NCBI GenBank assembly: GCA_965242965.1
Contig: OZ251518.1
Coordinates: 5,376,001-5,440,000, forward strand
DNA length: 64,000 nt
Direction: 5' to 3'
From: Candidatus Poribacteria bacterium
Lineage (GTDB): Bacteria > Poribacteria > WGA-4E > WGA-3G
Shown here: positions 31,039-40,217 of the stretch, in pieces
Position numbering within the stretch: position 1 is the stretch's first letter
Layout of the letters: each line of letters begins with the position of its first letter
Notes under the pieces: generated by a model
The model's database searches: none
The model's input: the letters and a program-made list of their open reading frames with translations, nothing else
Told to the model about the DNA's origin: nothing
Made by a program: the position numbers and the translations under genes

Positions 31039-32089
31039 ATCGAATCCTCGGGTCTACCCATGCCAGGGCGATGTCTGCTAATAGGTTTCCGATGACGAGG
31101 AGCAGACTCAGCATCATCAACAGCGTGCCAGCGAGGTAGATGTCTTCGTTGAGCAGGCTTCTTAAGAGTATCGGCCCCACCGTCGGCAAACCGAGCACGA
31201 TGGAAACGATAGCGGAACCGGAGAGGATGCCCGGCAGGCTCATCCCTAAAATGCTGATGAGCGGATTGATGGCGATGCGCACAGCGTGCTTCCCGACAAC
31301 GACAATTTCTTTCAATCCCTTTGCACGCGCAGTCTGCACGAACGGCTGTCCTAGCACGTCAAGCAGATTGCCGCGCATGATGCGCATTAAACTCGCCGTG
31401 CCGTTGACACCCACGACAATCACGGGAATCCAGAGATGTTTGATCAAATCTCCTAGTTTGCCCCATGTCCACGGCGCGCCTTCATAGTAGGCGGAGAAGA
31501 GCCCGAACAACGGCACGCCGAAAATGTCGAACGCGAACACCATCAGTGACAACGCCACGAGAAACGCCGGCAGCGACATCCCCACAAAACTGAGGAACGT
31601 CAAAAAATGGTCTGACCATTTATACTGGTGCGTCGCCGAATAAATACCGAGTGGAATGGCAACGACATACGTGAAAATCAACGAACCGATGGAGATGATT
31701 AGCGTGAACGCAAGTCTATCCCATATCAGTTCATGCACCTCGCGTTTATACTCAAACGATTCGCCGAAATCGCCGCGCACGAAGCCGCTCAGCCAAATGA
31801 AATAGCGTTCCCACAGCGGCGCGTTCAAGCCATAACGTTCTCGCAGTTCGTCGACTTGCGCGAGGGAGCTGCTATCGCCGAATTCTTCCTCAAGCCGCTG
31901 AATTTCCCTGTCAAGGTAATCGCCTTGCGGGAGTTGTATGATGATAAAAGAGATGATAGAAATCGCCAGCAGTGTCGGCAATGCGAGCAGACAGCGGCGC
32001 AGGATGTAAGTGCCTATGGTTTTTCCTCCTCTCTCAGGCAGAATTCCCGGTAGGCGCGGTTTGAAATCGCGCCTACGGAGATTATTCAA
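31031..32089 (-). CDS. Peptide/nickel ABC permease (OppB/DppB-like); start either TTG 32089 or ATA 32017
   Basis: YILRR, GDFGESF, TARAKGL, NLLADIALAWVDPRIRY. Confidence 0.92.
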   Translation of the reverse strand: MNNLRRRDFKPRLPGILPERGGKTIGTYILRRCLLALPTLLAISIISFIIIQLPQGDYLDREIQRLEEEFGDSSSLAQVDELRERYGLNAPLWERYFIWLSGFVRGDFGESFEYKREVHELIWDRLAFTLIISIGSLIFTYVVAIPLGIYSATHQYKWSDHFLTFLSFVGMSLPAFLVALSLMVFAFDIFGVPLFGLFSAYYEGAPWTWGKLGDLIKHLWIPVIVVGVNGTASLMRIMRGNLLDVLGQPFVQTARAKGLKEIVVVGKHAVRIAINPLISILGMSLPGILSGSAIVSIVLGLPTVGPILLRSLLNEDIYLAGTLLMMLSLLLVIGNLLADIALAWVDPRIRYE

Positions 32090-34017
32090 CGTCCGTTTTT
32101 ATCTATCCAGCACTGTTCGGGATAGCTCGTTGCGGGGGTGACGATAGCCCAGGGCCCCAAGATGCCGTCGTTTGGCACGTTATGAAAATGGTTCGCGACG
32201 ACGAGCAGCGAAGGCGAACGCGCCGCCGACCCGAGATGAAAAGGACCTTCGTCAATGTGGATGCGCACGGCATCGCGGACGTATTGGTGCCGCTGTTTTT
32301 CATCGGGTTCCCGCTTGATTGCGTCGTATAAATCGAGCAGTTTTTTGAGCGGCCCAGTAGGCGGTTCGCCTTTTTCGCCGCCGGTCTCATACCATTTTCC
32401 CACCTTCGGATGCCAATACTTGGGCAGCGTTGGAAACACCCAGTCAGGATAGGTAAACAGATCCATTTCTGCCTCACCGTGCATGCTAATCGTGAATTTG
32501 CCGAGGGTGCGGCGCAAACTCAACTCTGCGCCCGGCGGCGTGTAGAGCATCGTTTTTAAGCCGAGTGCCTCCCATCCCTCCTGAATAATCAACCCGATGT
32601 CGTTCTCTTGGCTGTTCAGATTGGAGCTCGGCACATCCATCAGCATCTCAATCCGTCTGCCATCGTAACGTAGGCGATAGCCGTCCTTATCGCGCGTGGT
32701 TAACTGCATTTCGTCTAAAAGTCGGTTTCCCGCGGCGATGTCAAAATCGGCATCGGCGCGCTTCCATTCTTCAAACAGCGTCTGTCCATCTTCGTCAGCG
32801 AAGTGCCAGCCTTCTTGGCTCACCGTAGCGGCTTGCGGTTCGAGCAGCCCGCGCCACGCAATCTCGTTGCATTTCTCTCTATCAATGCCGTAGGCGAGTG
32901 CCTTCCGAAACCGCTGATCGCGGATGAGCTGCCGTAACACCGGGTCTGGCGCAGTCCAGTTAATCAGGATGGCTGGCTGCGCGCCTGCCGTGCTTTTCCA
33001 CCGCCGCACGGTATAGCCGCCCTTCTCTTGGCCCTTCAGATAGAGAGCCAAATCTCGTAATTCCATGCCGCGGTATTGGCAATCAATTTCGCCTGCGAGG
33101 ATTTTGAGGACGCGCACCTGCGGTTCCGGCACCAAGCTGGTTTTCACTTTGTCAATGTAAGGCAGCTGCCTTCCTTCCGTGTCCACTACATAATAATACG
33201 GATTGCGTTCCAATTCAACCCGAAAGCCACCCTTTTCATATTTTCTGATGCGCCACGGCCACAGCGTTGGACGTTCGGGGTTTTGGTGCGGGAGATTCTC
33301 CTTCTCGAATTGGATAAAATTTTCATGCGCCGAACCGCTATCGGGGTGAAACTGCATCATGTAGTGCTTTGGGATGTTGTATTGATTGCACCACCAAAAC
33401 CCTGTCGCTAGCCACAGCGGGACGAGCCAATTCGGTCCGGCGAATTTCATCACGATGGTGTAGTCATCGGGTGTTTCAACCTCCATCGGGATGCCGTTCA
33501 CTTTGCACCAGACAGGGGGGCTACGTTTGTATCGTTCGTCAAGGCAGAGTTCATACCAGAAAGCGAACGATTCGGAGGTATAGGGATGCCCGTCAGACCA
33601 GCGGACTCCCTTACGGAGATATAGCGTCAGCACGCTGCCATCTTCGTTGAATTCCCATGATTCGGCGATGCCGGGTTCCAGACCGGATGCATCGAATTTC
33701 CAACGAATGAGCGGCGCGTAACCTGCAGTCATCTTCCATGTCCCGAGCTCTGGGTGCGTATGAAATCGGTGCCAGATGCCGCCGTAGATGCCGGGCTTCT
33801 CGTAGCCATCAAAGTCGGTTTTAGCGACGAGTGGCTTTTCCGGCAATCGTTCGGCGAGGGGAGGCAGTCCGCCATCGGCAACCTTTTTTGCGAGCATGGG
33901 TGCCTCTTTCGCCTCCAGTCCGTTTGGGAAGCTGGAGGTATCTTCGACGCGGTTTTCCGCGCATCCAACGAGCAAAACGAGTAAGGTGAACGTGAAAATC
34001 TGTCGACATATTTTCAT
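32086..34017 (-). CDS. ABC substrate-binding lipoprotein, family 5 (OppA/DppA-like)
   Basis: Lipobox LVGC, EAPMLA..LPPLAERLP, LRKGVRWSDG, ERNPYY, FRKALAYGIDR. Confidence 0.9.
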   Translation of the reverse strand: MKICRQIFTFTLLVLLVGCAENRVEDTSSFPNGLEAKEAPMLAKKVADGGLPPLAERLPEKPLVAKTDFDGYEKPGIYGGIWHRFHTHPELGTWKMTAGYAPLIRWKFDASGLEPGIAESWEFNEDGSVLTLYLRKGVRWSDGHPYTSESFAFWYELCLDERYKRSPPVWCKVNGIPMEVETPDDYTIVMKFAGPNWLVPLWLATGFWWCNQYNIPKHYMMQFHPDSGSAHENFIQFEKENLPHQNPERPTLWPWRIRKYEKGGFRVELERNPYYYVVDTEGRQLPYIDKVKTSLVPEPQVRVLKILAGEIDCQYRGMELRDLALYLKGQEKGGYTVRRWKSTAGAQPAILINWTAPDPVLRQLIRDQRFRKALAYGIDREKCNEIAWRGLLEPQAATVSQEGWHFADEDGQTLFEEWKRADADFDIAAGNRLLDEMQLTTRDKDGYRLRYDGRRIEMLMDVPSSNLNSQENDIGLIIQEGWEALGLKTMLYTPPGAELSLRRTLGKFTISMHGEAEMDLFTYPDWVFPTLPKYWHPKVGKWYETGGEKGEPPTGPLKKLLDLYDAIKREPDEKQRHQYVRDAVRIHIDEGPFHLGSAARSPSLLVVANHFHNVPNDGILGPWAIVTPATSYPEQCWIDKNGR

Positions 34018-34976
34018 TCCGAATATTCCTCCTTTTCGAGTGAGGCGGCGAAGGTATCCAGGTCTGCGCACACGCGTGCGAAGAGTTCGTGGATGTGCTT
34101 GGCATGCGCTTCGGTGAGTTCATAAATCAGTTCTTCACTGTAGATGTTATGAACTTTGTGGCGGAAATCTAGCAAATCTTTTAATTGCGCCGCCGTTTCC
34201 TCGGATATAACGGGCGGCCGCTCCGTGCGGCGTGCCCCCATCTGTTGCAGCAACTCGTTATGCCATTTCTCGCTATTTGGGACATGCCTGTCTACCGCGC
34301 GCGCTATCCTCTCAAAAATCGTTTCTACGCCATCGTAAACTTTAGTGAGTTTCATAGCAATCGATTCCTCTATATATTTGCTATGATTCGGTGCAACTAC
34401 TTTCATGTCATCCAACGCTTCTGCGATACTCACCACAGTTCGCTCAATTTTAGCGCGTTCATCGTTGATGCGCTGGATGAGTCGGCTTCGGTTCATTTCG
34501 TAGTGTGCTCTCTGTTCCGCTGCTCTCGGCGCCACATCGCCGGCAAACGTGTTTTGCTGTGTCCCCCCGACGCGGTTTTCAATAAAAACGGCTTGCCTTT
34601 TCACGCGCTCCCGGAAGAGTCCTTTCGTCTCCTCAAAGGTGACGAAATCGATGTTGAAAGTTGCATCGAAGTAGACGACTTTGCCATACGCGTCCCAATA
34701 GGCTTCGTTAGGCATGCCCCAGGCGACAATATCAATATCCGAGAACGCCGAAAACGCCTCCCTCTCTGCGAGGGAGCCGAACACGGCGACGCGCGTTGCG
34801 CCGAAGTCTTGATAGAGCATGTCTGCAATTTGATGTGCCGTTTTCCATGCGCGTTGGAGCAATGCTTCATCGACATGCCGCGTTTTCCACTGCTGCTCTA
34901 AATGCCGGCGGCAGTCGGCGAGTTCCTCCGGCGACATTGTATGCGGGGGTGGATAGGTTGCTGTGACTTTGCGCAT
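34014..34976 (-). CDS. MNT-HEPN single-chain fusion, copy 3 in transcription order
   Basis: FGS..SDIDI nucleotidyltransferase motif; WH..LL.QM..RPPV..FRHKVHNIY HepT-like motif; ATGA overlap with oppA. Confidence 0.85.
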   Translation of the reverse strand: MRKVTATYPPPHTMSPEELADCRRHLEQQWKTRHVDEALLQRAWKTAHQIADMLYQDFGATRVAVFGSLAEREAFSAFSDIDIVAWGMPNEAYWDAYGKVVYFDATFNIDFVTFEETKGLFRERVKRQAVFIENRVGGTQQNTFAGDVAPRAAEQRAHYEMNRSRLIQRINDERAKIERTVVSIAEALDDMKVVAPNHSKYIEESIAMKLTKVYDGVETIFERIARAVDRHVPNSEKWHNELLQQMGARRTERPPVISEETAAQLKDLLDFRHKVHNIYSEELIYELTEAHAKHIHELFARVCADLDTFAASLEKEEYSE

Positions 34977-34977
34977 T

Positions 34978-35943
34978 TTAAGCGTCCTCCTGCTGTGTAG
35001 CGAGTGCAGCGGCGAAGGTATCCAGGTCTGCGCATACGCGCGCGAAGAGTTCGTGGATTTTCATCACGTGCACCTTGGTGTAGTCGTAAACCAATTTGTG
35101 CCCGTAAATGTGAGTCACCTTGTGGCGAAAATTCAAGAGTTCTTCAAGTAACCTCGCCGTTTCGTGGGAGATGACAGGCGGCCGCCCTGCGCGCCGTTCT
35201 GCCATTTGTGCGAGGAGGCTTTTATGCCATTCCGCGTCACTAGGTAGAGCCCCATCTACCTCCTGGGCAACGCGTTCAAAAATGTTCTTGATGCCATTGT
35301 AGACCTCGGCAAGATCATAGGCAATCACCTTTTCAAATGCGCGTCTGTATTTCGGGGCAACCTCCTCCAGGCCTTCCAATTCTGTTGCGATTTCAGCGAG
35401 GGTTGATTCTATTTCGACGCATTCATCGGCGATGCGTTGGATAAGTTTGCGCCGATTCATTTCATAAGTTCCTCCCTGTTCGGCGGGATTCACCGGCTGT
35501 TGAAGAGCGGCGGCTGGGTATTTGTAGAGGCCAGCCTCTATTGTTTCAATACCGATGGCTTGCTGCTGTATCCGTTGGCGGAAAAGTCCCTTCGTCGCCT
35601 CAAAATTGACCAGGTCGATCTGGAACTCCGGACTAAAGCCGGTTGTTTTCCCGAGGGCATCACAATACTCGGCATCCGAAAGTCCCCACACGGCGATGTC
35701 AATATCTGACCGCGGTGTAAACCAGTCCCTCTCGGCGAGGGAACCGAACACGGCTACCTGCGTTGCGCCGAAGTCTTGATAAAGCATGGCTGCAATCTGA
35801 TGTGCCGTTTTCCATGCGCGTTGGAGCAATGCTTCATCGACATGCCGCGTGGCCCACTGCTGTTCTAAATGCTGGCGGCAGGCGGCGAGTTCCTCCGGCG
35901 ACATTGTATGCGAGGGTGGATAGGTTGCTGTGACTTTACGCAT
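34978..35943 (-). CDS. MNT-HEPN single-chain fusion, copy 2 (intact R-x4-H-x-Y)
   Basis: Start matches paralogue MRKVTATYPP; SDIDIAV; FRHKVTHIY. Confidence 0.85.
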   Translation of the reverse strand: MRKVTATYPPSHTMSPEELAACRQHLEQQWATRHVDEALLQRAWKTAHQIAAMLYQDFGATQVAVFGSLAERDWFTPRSDIDIAVWGLSDAEYCDALGKTTGFSPEFQIDLVNFEATKGLFRQRIQQQAIGIETIEAGLYKYPAAALQQPVNPAEQGGTYEMNRRKLIQRIADECVEIESTLAEIATELEGLEEVAPKYRRAFEKVIAYDLAEVYNGIKNIFERVAQEVDGALPSDAEWHKSLLAQMAERRAGRPPVISHETARLLEELLNFRHKVTHIYGHKLVYDYTKVHVMKIHELFARVCADLDTFAAALATQQEDA

Positions 35944-35944
35944 T

Positions 35945-36907
35945 TTAAACTCCCTCCTGCTGCGTGGCGAGTGCAGCGGCGAAGGTATCCAGGTCTGCGC
36001 ACACGCGTGCGAAGAGTTCGTGGATGTGCTTGGCATGTTCCTCGGTGAGTGCGTGAACCAGTTCCTCTCCATAGCTCTTGCGAACCTTGTGGCGGAACTC
36101 TAAGAGTTCTCTTAAGAGTGCTGTTGTCTCTAGGGAGAGGACAGGCGGCCGCCCTGCGCGCCGTTCTGTCATTTGAGCGAGGAGGTTTTTGTGCCACTCA
36201 GCGCCGCTTGGGACATGCGCGTCCACTTCACGAGCGATGCGTTCAAAAATGTTCTCTATCCCCTCGTAGACCTCGGCAAGATCCGTGGCCATCGCGATTT
36301 CAATGAATTCTCCGTATTTAGTGTCAGCTTCTTCATGCATCGCTACTGCTCTGTCGATCCTTGCAATCGTCCGCTCAATTTTTGCGCGTTCATCGTTGAT
36401 GCGCTGGATGAGTCGGCTTCGGTTCATTTCGTAGCATCCTCCCGGTGCCGCCGCTCTCGGCGGCACATCGCCGGCAAACGTGTTTTGCGGTGTCTGCTCG
36501 GCGCGGTTTTCAATAAAAACGGCTTGCCTTTGCACGCGCTCTCGGAAAAGTCCTTTTGTATTTTCAAAAGCGACGAAATCGATGTTGAAAGTTGCATCGA
36601 AGTAGACGACTTTGCCATACGCGTCCCAATAGGCTTCGTTAGGCATGCCCCAGGCGACAATATCGATATCCGAGAACGCCGAAAACGCCTCCCTCTCGGC
36701 GAGGGAGCCGAACACGGCGACGCGCGTTGCGCCGAAGTCTTGATAGAGCATGGCTGCAATCTGCTGGGCTGTTTTCCATGCGCGTTGGAGCAATGCTTCA
36801 TCGACATGCCGTGTTGCCCACTGCTGCGCCAAGTGCCGGCGGCAGGCGGCGAGTTCTTCCGGCGACATCGTATGCGGTGGCGGATAGGTTGCTGTGACTT
36901 TGCGCAT
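35945..36907 (-). CDS. MNT-HEPN single-chain fusion, copy 1
   Basis: SDIDIVA; FRHKVRKSY (catalytic His replaced by Lys). Confidence 0.85.
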   Translation of the reverse strand: MRKVTATYPPPHTMSPEELAACRRHLAQQWATRHVDEALLQRAWKTAQQIAAMLYQDFGATRVAVFGSLAEREAFSAFSDIDIVAWGMPNEAYWDAYGKVVYFDATFNIDFVAFENTKGLFRERVQRQAVFIENRAEQTPQNTFAGDVPPRAAAPGGCYEMNRSRLIQRINDERAKIERTIARIDRAVAMHEEADTKYGEFIEIAMATDLAEVYEGIENIFERIAREVDAHVPSGAEWHKNLLAQMTERRAGRPPVLSLETTALLRELLEFRHKVRKSYGEELVHALTEEHAKHIHELFARVCADLDTFAAALATQQEGV

Positions 36908-36948
36908 GATGCACCTCTGGTTGTTTGAACGCGGAGACAGGCCCCGCG

Positions 36949-38628
36949 CTACGTCACCTCAAGTTGGAGTTGCGTTTCTTCGACTTCTCGCACGGCTTTT
37001 GGAACTTCGCTTCTGGCAGAACTTGGCATCTGTGGTTGCCGATTTTCCATCAAATCGCTGACACTCCAGAATTGGAATGCGGGCCATGTTTGGCCATCTA
37101 ACGGATGCACGAATGTCCGCTGTCCCACCTGTTCCACCCGCGCTTTCGCCTCGGGTGTCAACACGTCGGCATAGTCCTTGTGCCGGTGTCCATGCAGGCT
37201 GATGAAAATGCCCATCGTTGCTTCTTCCGCCGACATCACGCCGAGGAATTCATCTATCTCACGCCGGCCGATGCGCTTGCTCGTCTTGACTTGGACGAGG
37301 ATGAGCCCCTCTTTATCCTGTCCTTTTTCGTCGACACCGAGGTAAAGCGTGCCCCATCCATCGATGCCGCCATCACGGCTGAGGCTCTGACTCGGCTGCA
37401 ACAGGAGACGGCCCTGTGCATCCCGAATCTGACCGAGGATGAAATTCTGGAAGTCATACCGTGCCTGATGTTTGTTTCGCCGGTTATTTTTGCTCTTCTC
37501 AGCAAGTGCTTGGATTTCCTGTGCCTCAAGTTCCGCGAGTTGGACGGCTTCCTCATAAGAGGTAGGCGTGTTGTAGAGGGAGAACCCGTTTCCGAGCCGA
37601 AGTTCTTCATCGGCGAATGCATCCTGCAGGCGTTCCTTGACGACGTTAATCGCGCCGTAGCTGATGTCCATGCCGAGCCAGCGGCGATTGAGTTTCTGGG
37701 CGGCATGGAGCGTCGTGCCGCAGCCACAGAACGGATCGAGAATCACATCACCTTCATTTGAGGAGGTTTTGATGAGCCGTTCTAGCAACGCGAGGGGTTT
37801 CTGTGTCGGATACCCCAGCCGTTCTTTCGCCTGCGAATTCAGCACCGGTACTTCAAAGACATCAAAAGCCGGCGTGCCCTCAGCTTTTCTATCAACAACC
37901 CGGCTGTATCGCGACATGTCAATCTCGCCTTTCGCGACAGCGGCATCAAATACCTCGCGGTCCTCCACGATAATCTGCCGCCGCCTCACGCCTTTATCAT
38001 TGTAAGTGTTCGTGCTATACCCCCGTGCAGAGGCTTCGGTTCTCTTCCTCGCCACATACTGGGTATTGAATACCAGATTCTGGGTTTTGGAATAGAATAG
38101 CAAGATATCGTGCATCCGCTGGTACTGGTTTGAAGCGGCCGCCCACCGCCGATAAAACCAGACAATCTCATTCCGGAAGTTTTCTTCCCCGAAGATTGCG
38201 TCCATCATCACTTTGAGATAATGACTCGCCGTCGCATCGCAGTGGAGATAAACGCTGCCTGTCGGTTTCAACACGCGATGGATTTCAATGAGTCGTTCTG
38301 CCATGTAGAAGCAGTAAGCCGTCATCGGTTTTTCACCGAGGAGGAGATATACGCCGCGCGCCATGTTTGCAATCTCCGCGCGTGGCGAGGCGAGGAGCCG
38401 TTCGTAAGCGCGCTGCGCGGCTGCATCCCAGTGCCACATATCGTGGAATGCCATCGCCGGTGGCTTTTGCTGTTTACCCTTTTCCTTGCGTTGAAAGGGC
38501 CGGTTATAGTTTGCATTGGAGTTGAAAGGCGGATCGAGATAGCATCCGTCCACCGTTTCATCTGCAATATATTTTCGGAGATTGTAGAGACAATCACCGT
38601 AAAAAAGCGCGTTACTGAGTGTCGTCAT
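36949..38628 (-). CDS. Beta-class amino DNA methyltransferase fused to Mrr-like endonuclease domain, paralogue A
   Basis: YLDPPFNS, GYPTQKP, LDPFCGCGTT; C-terminal DGGIDG..LVQVK. Confidence 0.88.
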   Translation of the reverse strand: MTTLSNALFYGDCLYNLRKYIADETVDGCYLDPPFNSNANYNRPFQRKEKGKQQKPPAMAFHDMWHWDAAAQRAYERLLASPRAEIANMARGVYLLLGEKPMTAYCFYMAERLIEIHRVLKPTGSVYLHCDATASHYLKVMMDAIFGEENFRNEIVWFYRRWAAASNQYQRMHDILLFYSKTQNLVFNTQYVARKRTEASARGYSTNTYNDKGVRRRQIIVEDREVFDAAVAKGEIDMSRYSRVVDRKAEGTPAFDVFEVPVLNSQAKERLGYPTQKPLALLERLIKTSSNEGDVILDPFCGCGTTLHAAQKLNRRWLGMDISYGAINVVKERLQDAFADEELRLGNGFSLYNTPTSYEEAVQLAELEAQEIQALAEKSKNNRRNKHQARYDFQNFILGQIRDAQGRLLLQPSQSLSRDGGIDGWGTLYLGVDEKGQDKEGLILVQVKTSKRIGRREIDEFLGVMSAEEATMGIFISLHGHRHKDYADVLTPEAKARVEQVGQRTFVHPLDGQTWPAFQFWSVSDLMENRQPQMPSSARSEVPKAVREVEETQLQLEVT

Positions 38629-40217
38629 TTCAGCACCTCCGCAACGGCCAATTCCAGCTGCATCTCTTCGACTTCGCGAACCGCCTTTGGAACTTCGCTT
38701 CTGGCAGTGCTTGGCATCTGTGGTTGCCGATTTTCCATCAAATCACTGACGCTCCAGAATTGGAATGTGGGCCATGCCTGGCCATCTAACGGATGCACGA
38801 ACGTCCGTTTTCCTACCTGTTCCACTCGCGCTTTTGCCTCGGGTGTCAACACATCGGCATAGTCCTTGTGCCGGTGTCCATGGAGGCTGATGAAGATACC
38901 CATCGCCGCTTCTTCCGCCGACATCACACCGAGGAATTCGTCTATCTCGCGCCGGCCGATGCGCTTGCTCGTCTTGACTTGGACGAGGATGAGCCCCTCT
39001 TTGTCCTTCCCTTTTTCGTCAACGCCGAGATAGAGGGTGCCCCATCCATCGATGCCGCCATCGCGACTCAGACTCTGACTCGGTTGCAAGAGGAGTCTGC
39101 CTTGCGCGTCCCGAATCTGGCCGAGGATGAAGTTCTGGAAGTCATACCGTGCCTGATGCTTGCTGCGGCCGTGCTGATTCTTCGCTTGAACCTGCTGGAC
39201 TTCCTCAGCCTCCCGTTGTGCTAAGGCCACCACCTGTTCGTAAGAATCAGGCGCGTTGTAGGTGGCAAAGCGGAGTTCTTCGTCTGCGAAAGCGTCTTGC
39301 AGGCGTTCTTTGACGACGTTAATCGCGCCGTAGCTGATGTCCATACCCAGCCAGCGGCGGTTCAGTTTCTGTGCGGCGTGGAGCGTCGTGCCACAGCCAC
39401 AGAACGGATCGAGAATGAGATCTCCCTCATTGGAACACGCTTTGACGATGCGCTCAAGGAGTGCCAGCGGTTTCTGGGTGGGATACCCCAATTTTTCGGT
39501 AGAGAAACTTTTGATCATAATTGAGTCAAGTCTATCCCCGGGATGACAATTCCAAGTGTCTTCTATCGGGATACCCTTGCCTGTCGGTTTCGACCCGTCT
39601 CGTCGGACATAATCCGGCGGATACGGCAAATACTCCTTGTTAAACACTTTTTGTGCTGCGGGAGTTTTCGTATAGTAAAGCAACGTATCGTGATTGCGGA
39701 TCCAACCGCGCTTCTGCGTTTTAAACCCGCTCACCCAGCCGATTCGCCAGATAACTTCATTCCGGAAGTTTTCTGTCCCGAAAATCGCGTCTAGCATTAC
39801 CTTGAGATAGTGACTCGCCGTGGCATCGCAATGGAGATAGACGCTGCCTGTCGGTTTCAACACGCGGTGAATCTCGATGAGCCGTTCTGCCATGTAGAAG
39901 CAGTAAGCTGTCATCGGTTTTTCGCCGAGGAGGAGATACACGCCGCGCGCCATGTTTGCAATCTCGGCACGTGGCGAGGCGAGGAGTCGTTCGTAAGCAC
40001 GCTGCGCGGCTTCATCCCAGTGCCACATATCGTGGAATGCCATCGCCGGTGGTTTCTTTTGTTTCCCCTTTTCCTTGCGTTGAAAAGGCCGGTTGTAGTT
40101 TGCATTGGAGTTGAAAGGCGGATCGAGATAACATCCATCCACCGTTTCATCTGCAATATATTTTCGGAGATTGTAGAGACAATCGCCGTAAAAGAGGGCA
40201 TTTTCAAGGTTTTTCAT
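38625..40217 (-). CDS. Beta-class amino DNA methyltransferase fused to Mrr-like endonuclease domain, paralogue B
   Basis: Near-identical to A outside the TRD and one linker; ATG overlaps the oppF stop (TGATG). Confidence 0.88.
   Translation of the reverse strand: MKNLENALFYGDCLYNLRKYIADETVDGCYLDPPFNSNANYNRPFQRKEKGKQKKPPAMAFHDMWHWDEAAQRAYERLLASPRAEIANMARGVYLLLGEKPMTAYCFYMAERLIEIHRVLKPTGSVYLHCDATASHYLKVMLDAIFGTENFRNEVIWRIGWVSGFKTQKRGWIRNHDTLLYYTKTPAAQKVFNKEYLPYPPDYVRRDGSKPTGKGIPIEDTWNCHPGDRLDSIMIKSFSTEKLGYPTQKPLALLERIVKACSNEGDLILDPFCGCGTTLHAAQKLNRRWLGMDISYGAINVVKERLQDAFADEELRFATYNAPDSYEQVVALAQREAEEVQQVQAKNQHGRSKHQARYDFQNFILGQIRDAQGRLLLQPSQSLSRDGGIDGWGTLYLGVDEKGKDKEGLILVQVKTSKRIGRREIDEFLGVMSAEEAAMGIFISLHGHRHKDYADVLTPEAKARVEQVGKRTFVHPLDGQAWPTFQFWSVSDLMENRQPQMPSTARSEVPKAVREVEEMQLELAVAEVLK

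Noticed and set aside
34014-40217. Diversity-generating retroelement or shufflon as the cause of paralogue variation
   Set aside because: No reverse transcriptase or invertase in the window; differences are not adenine-specific and the repeats are direct, not inverted.
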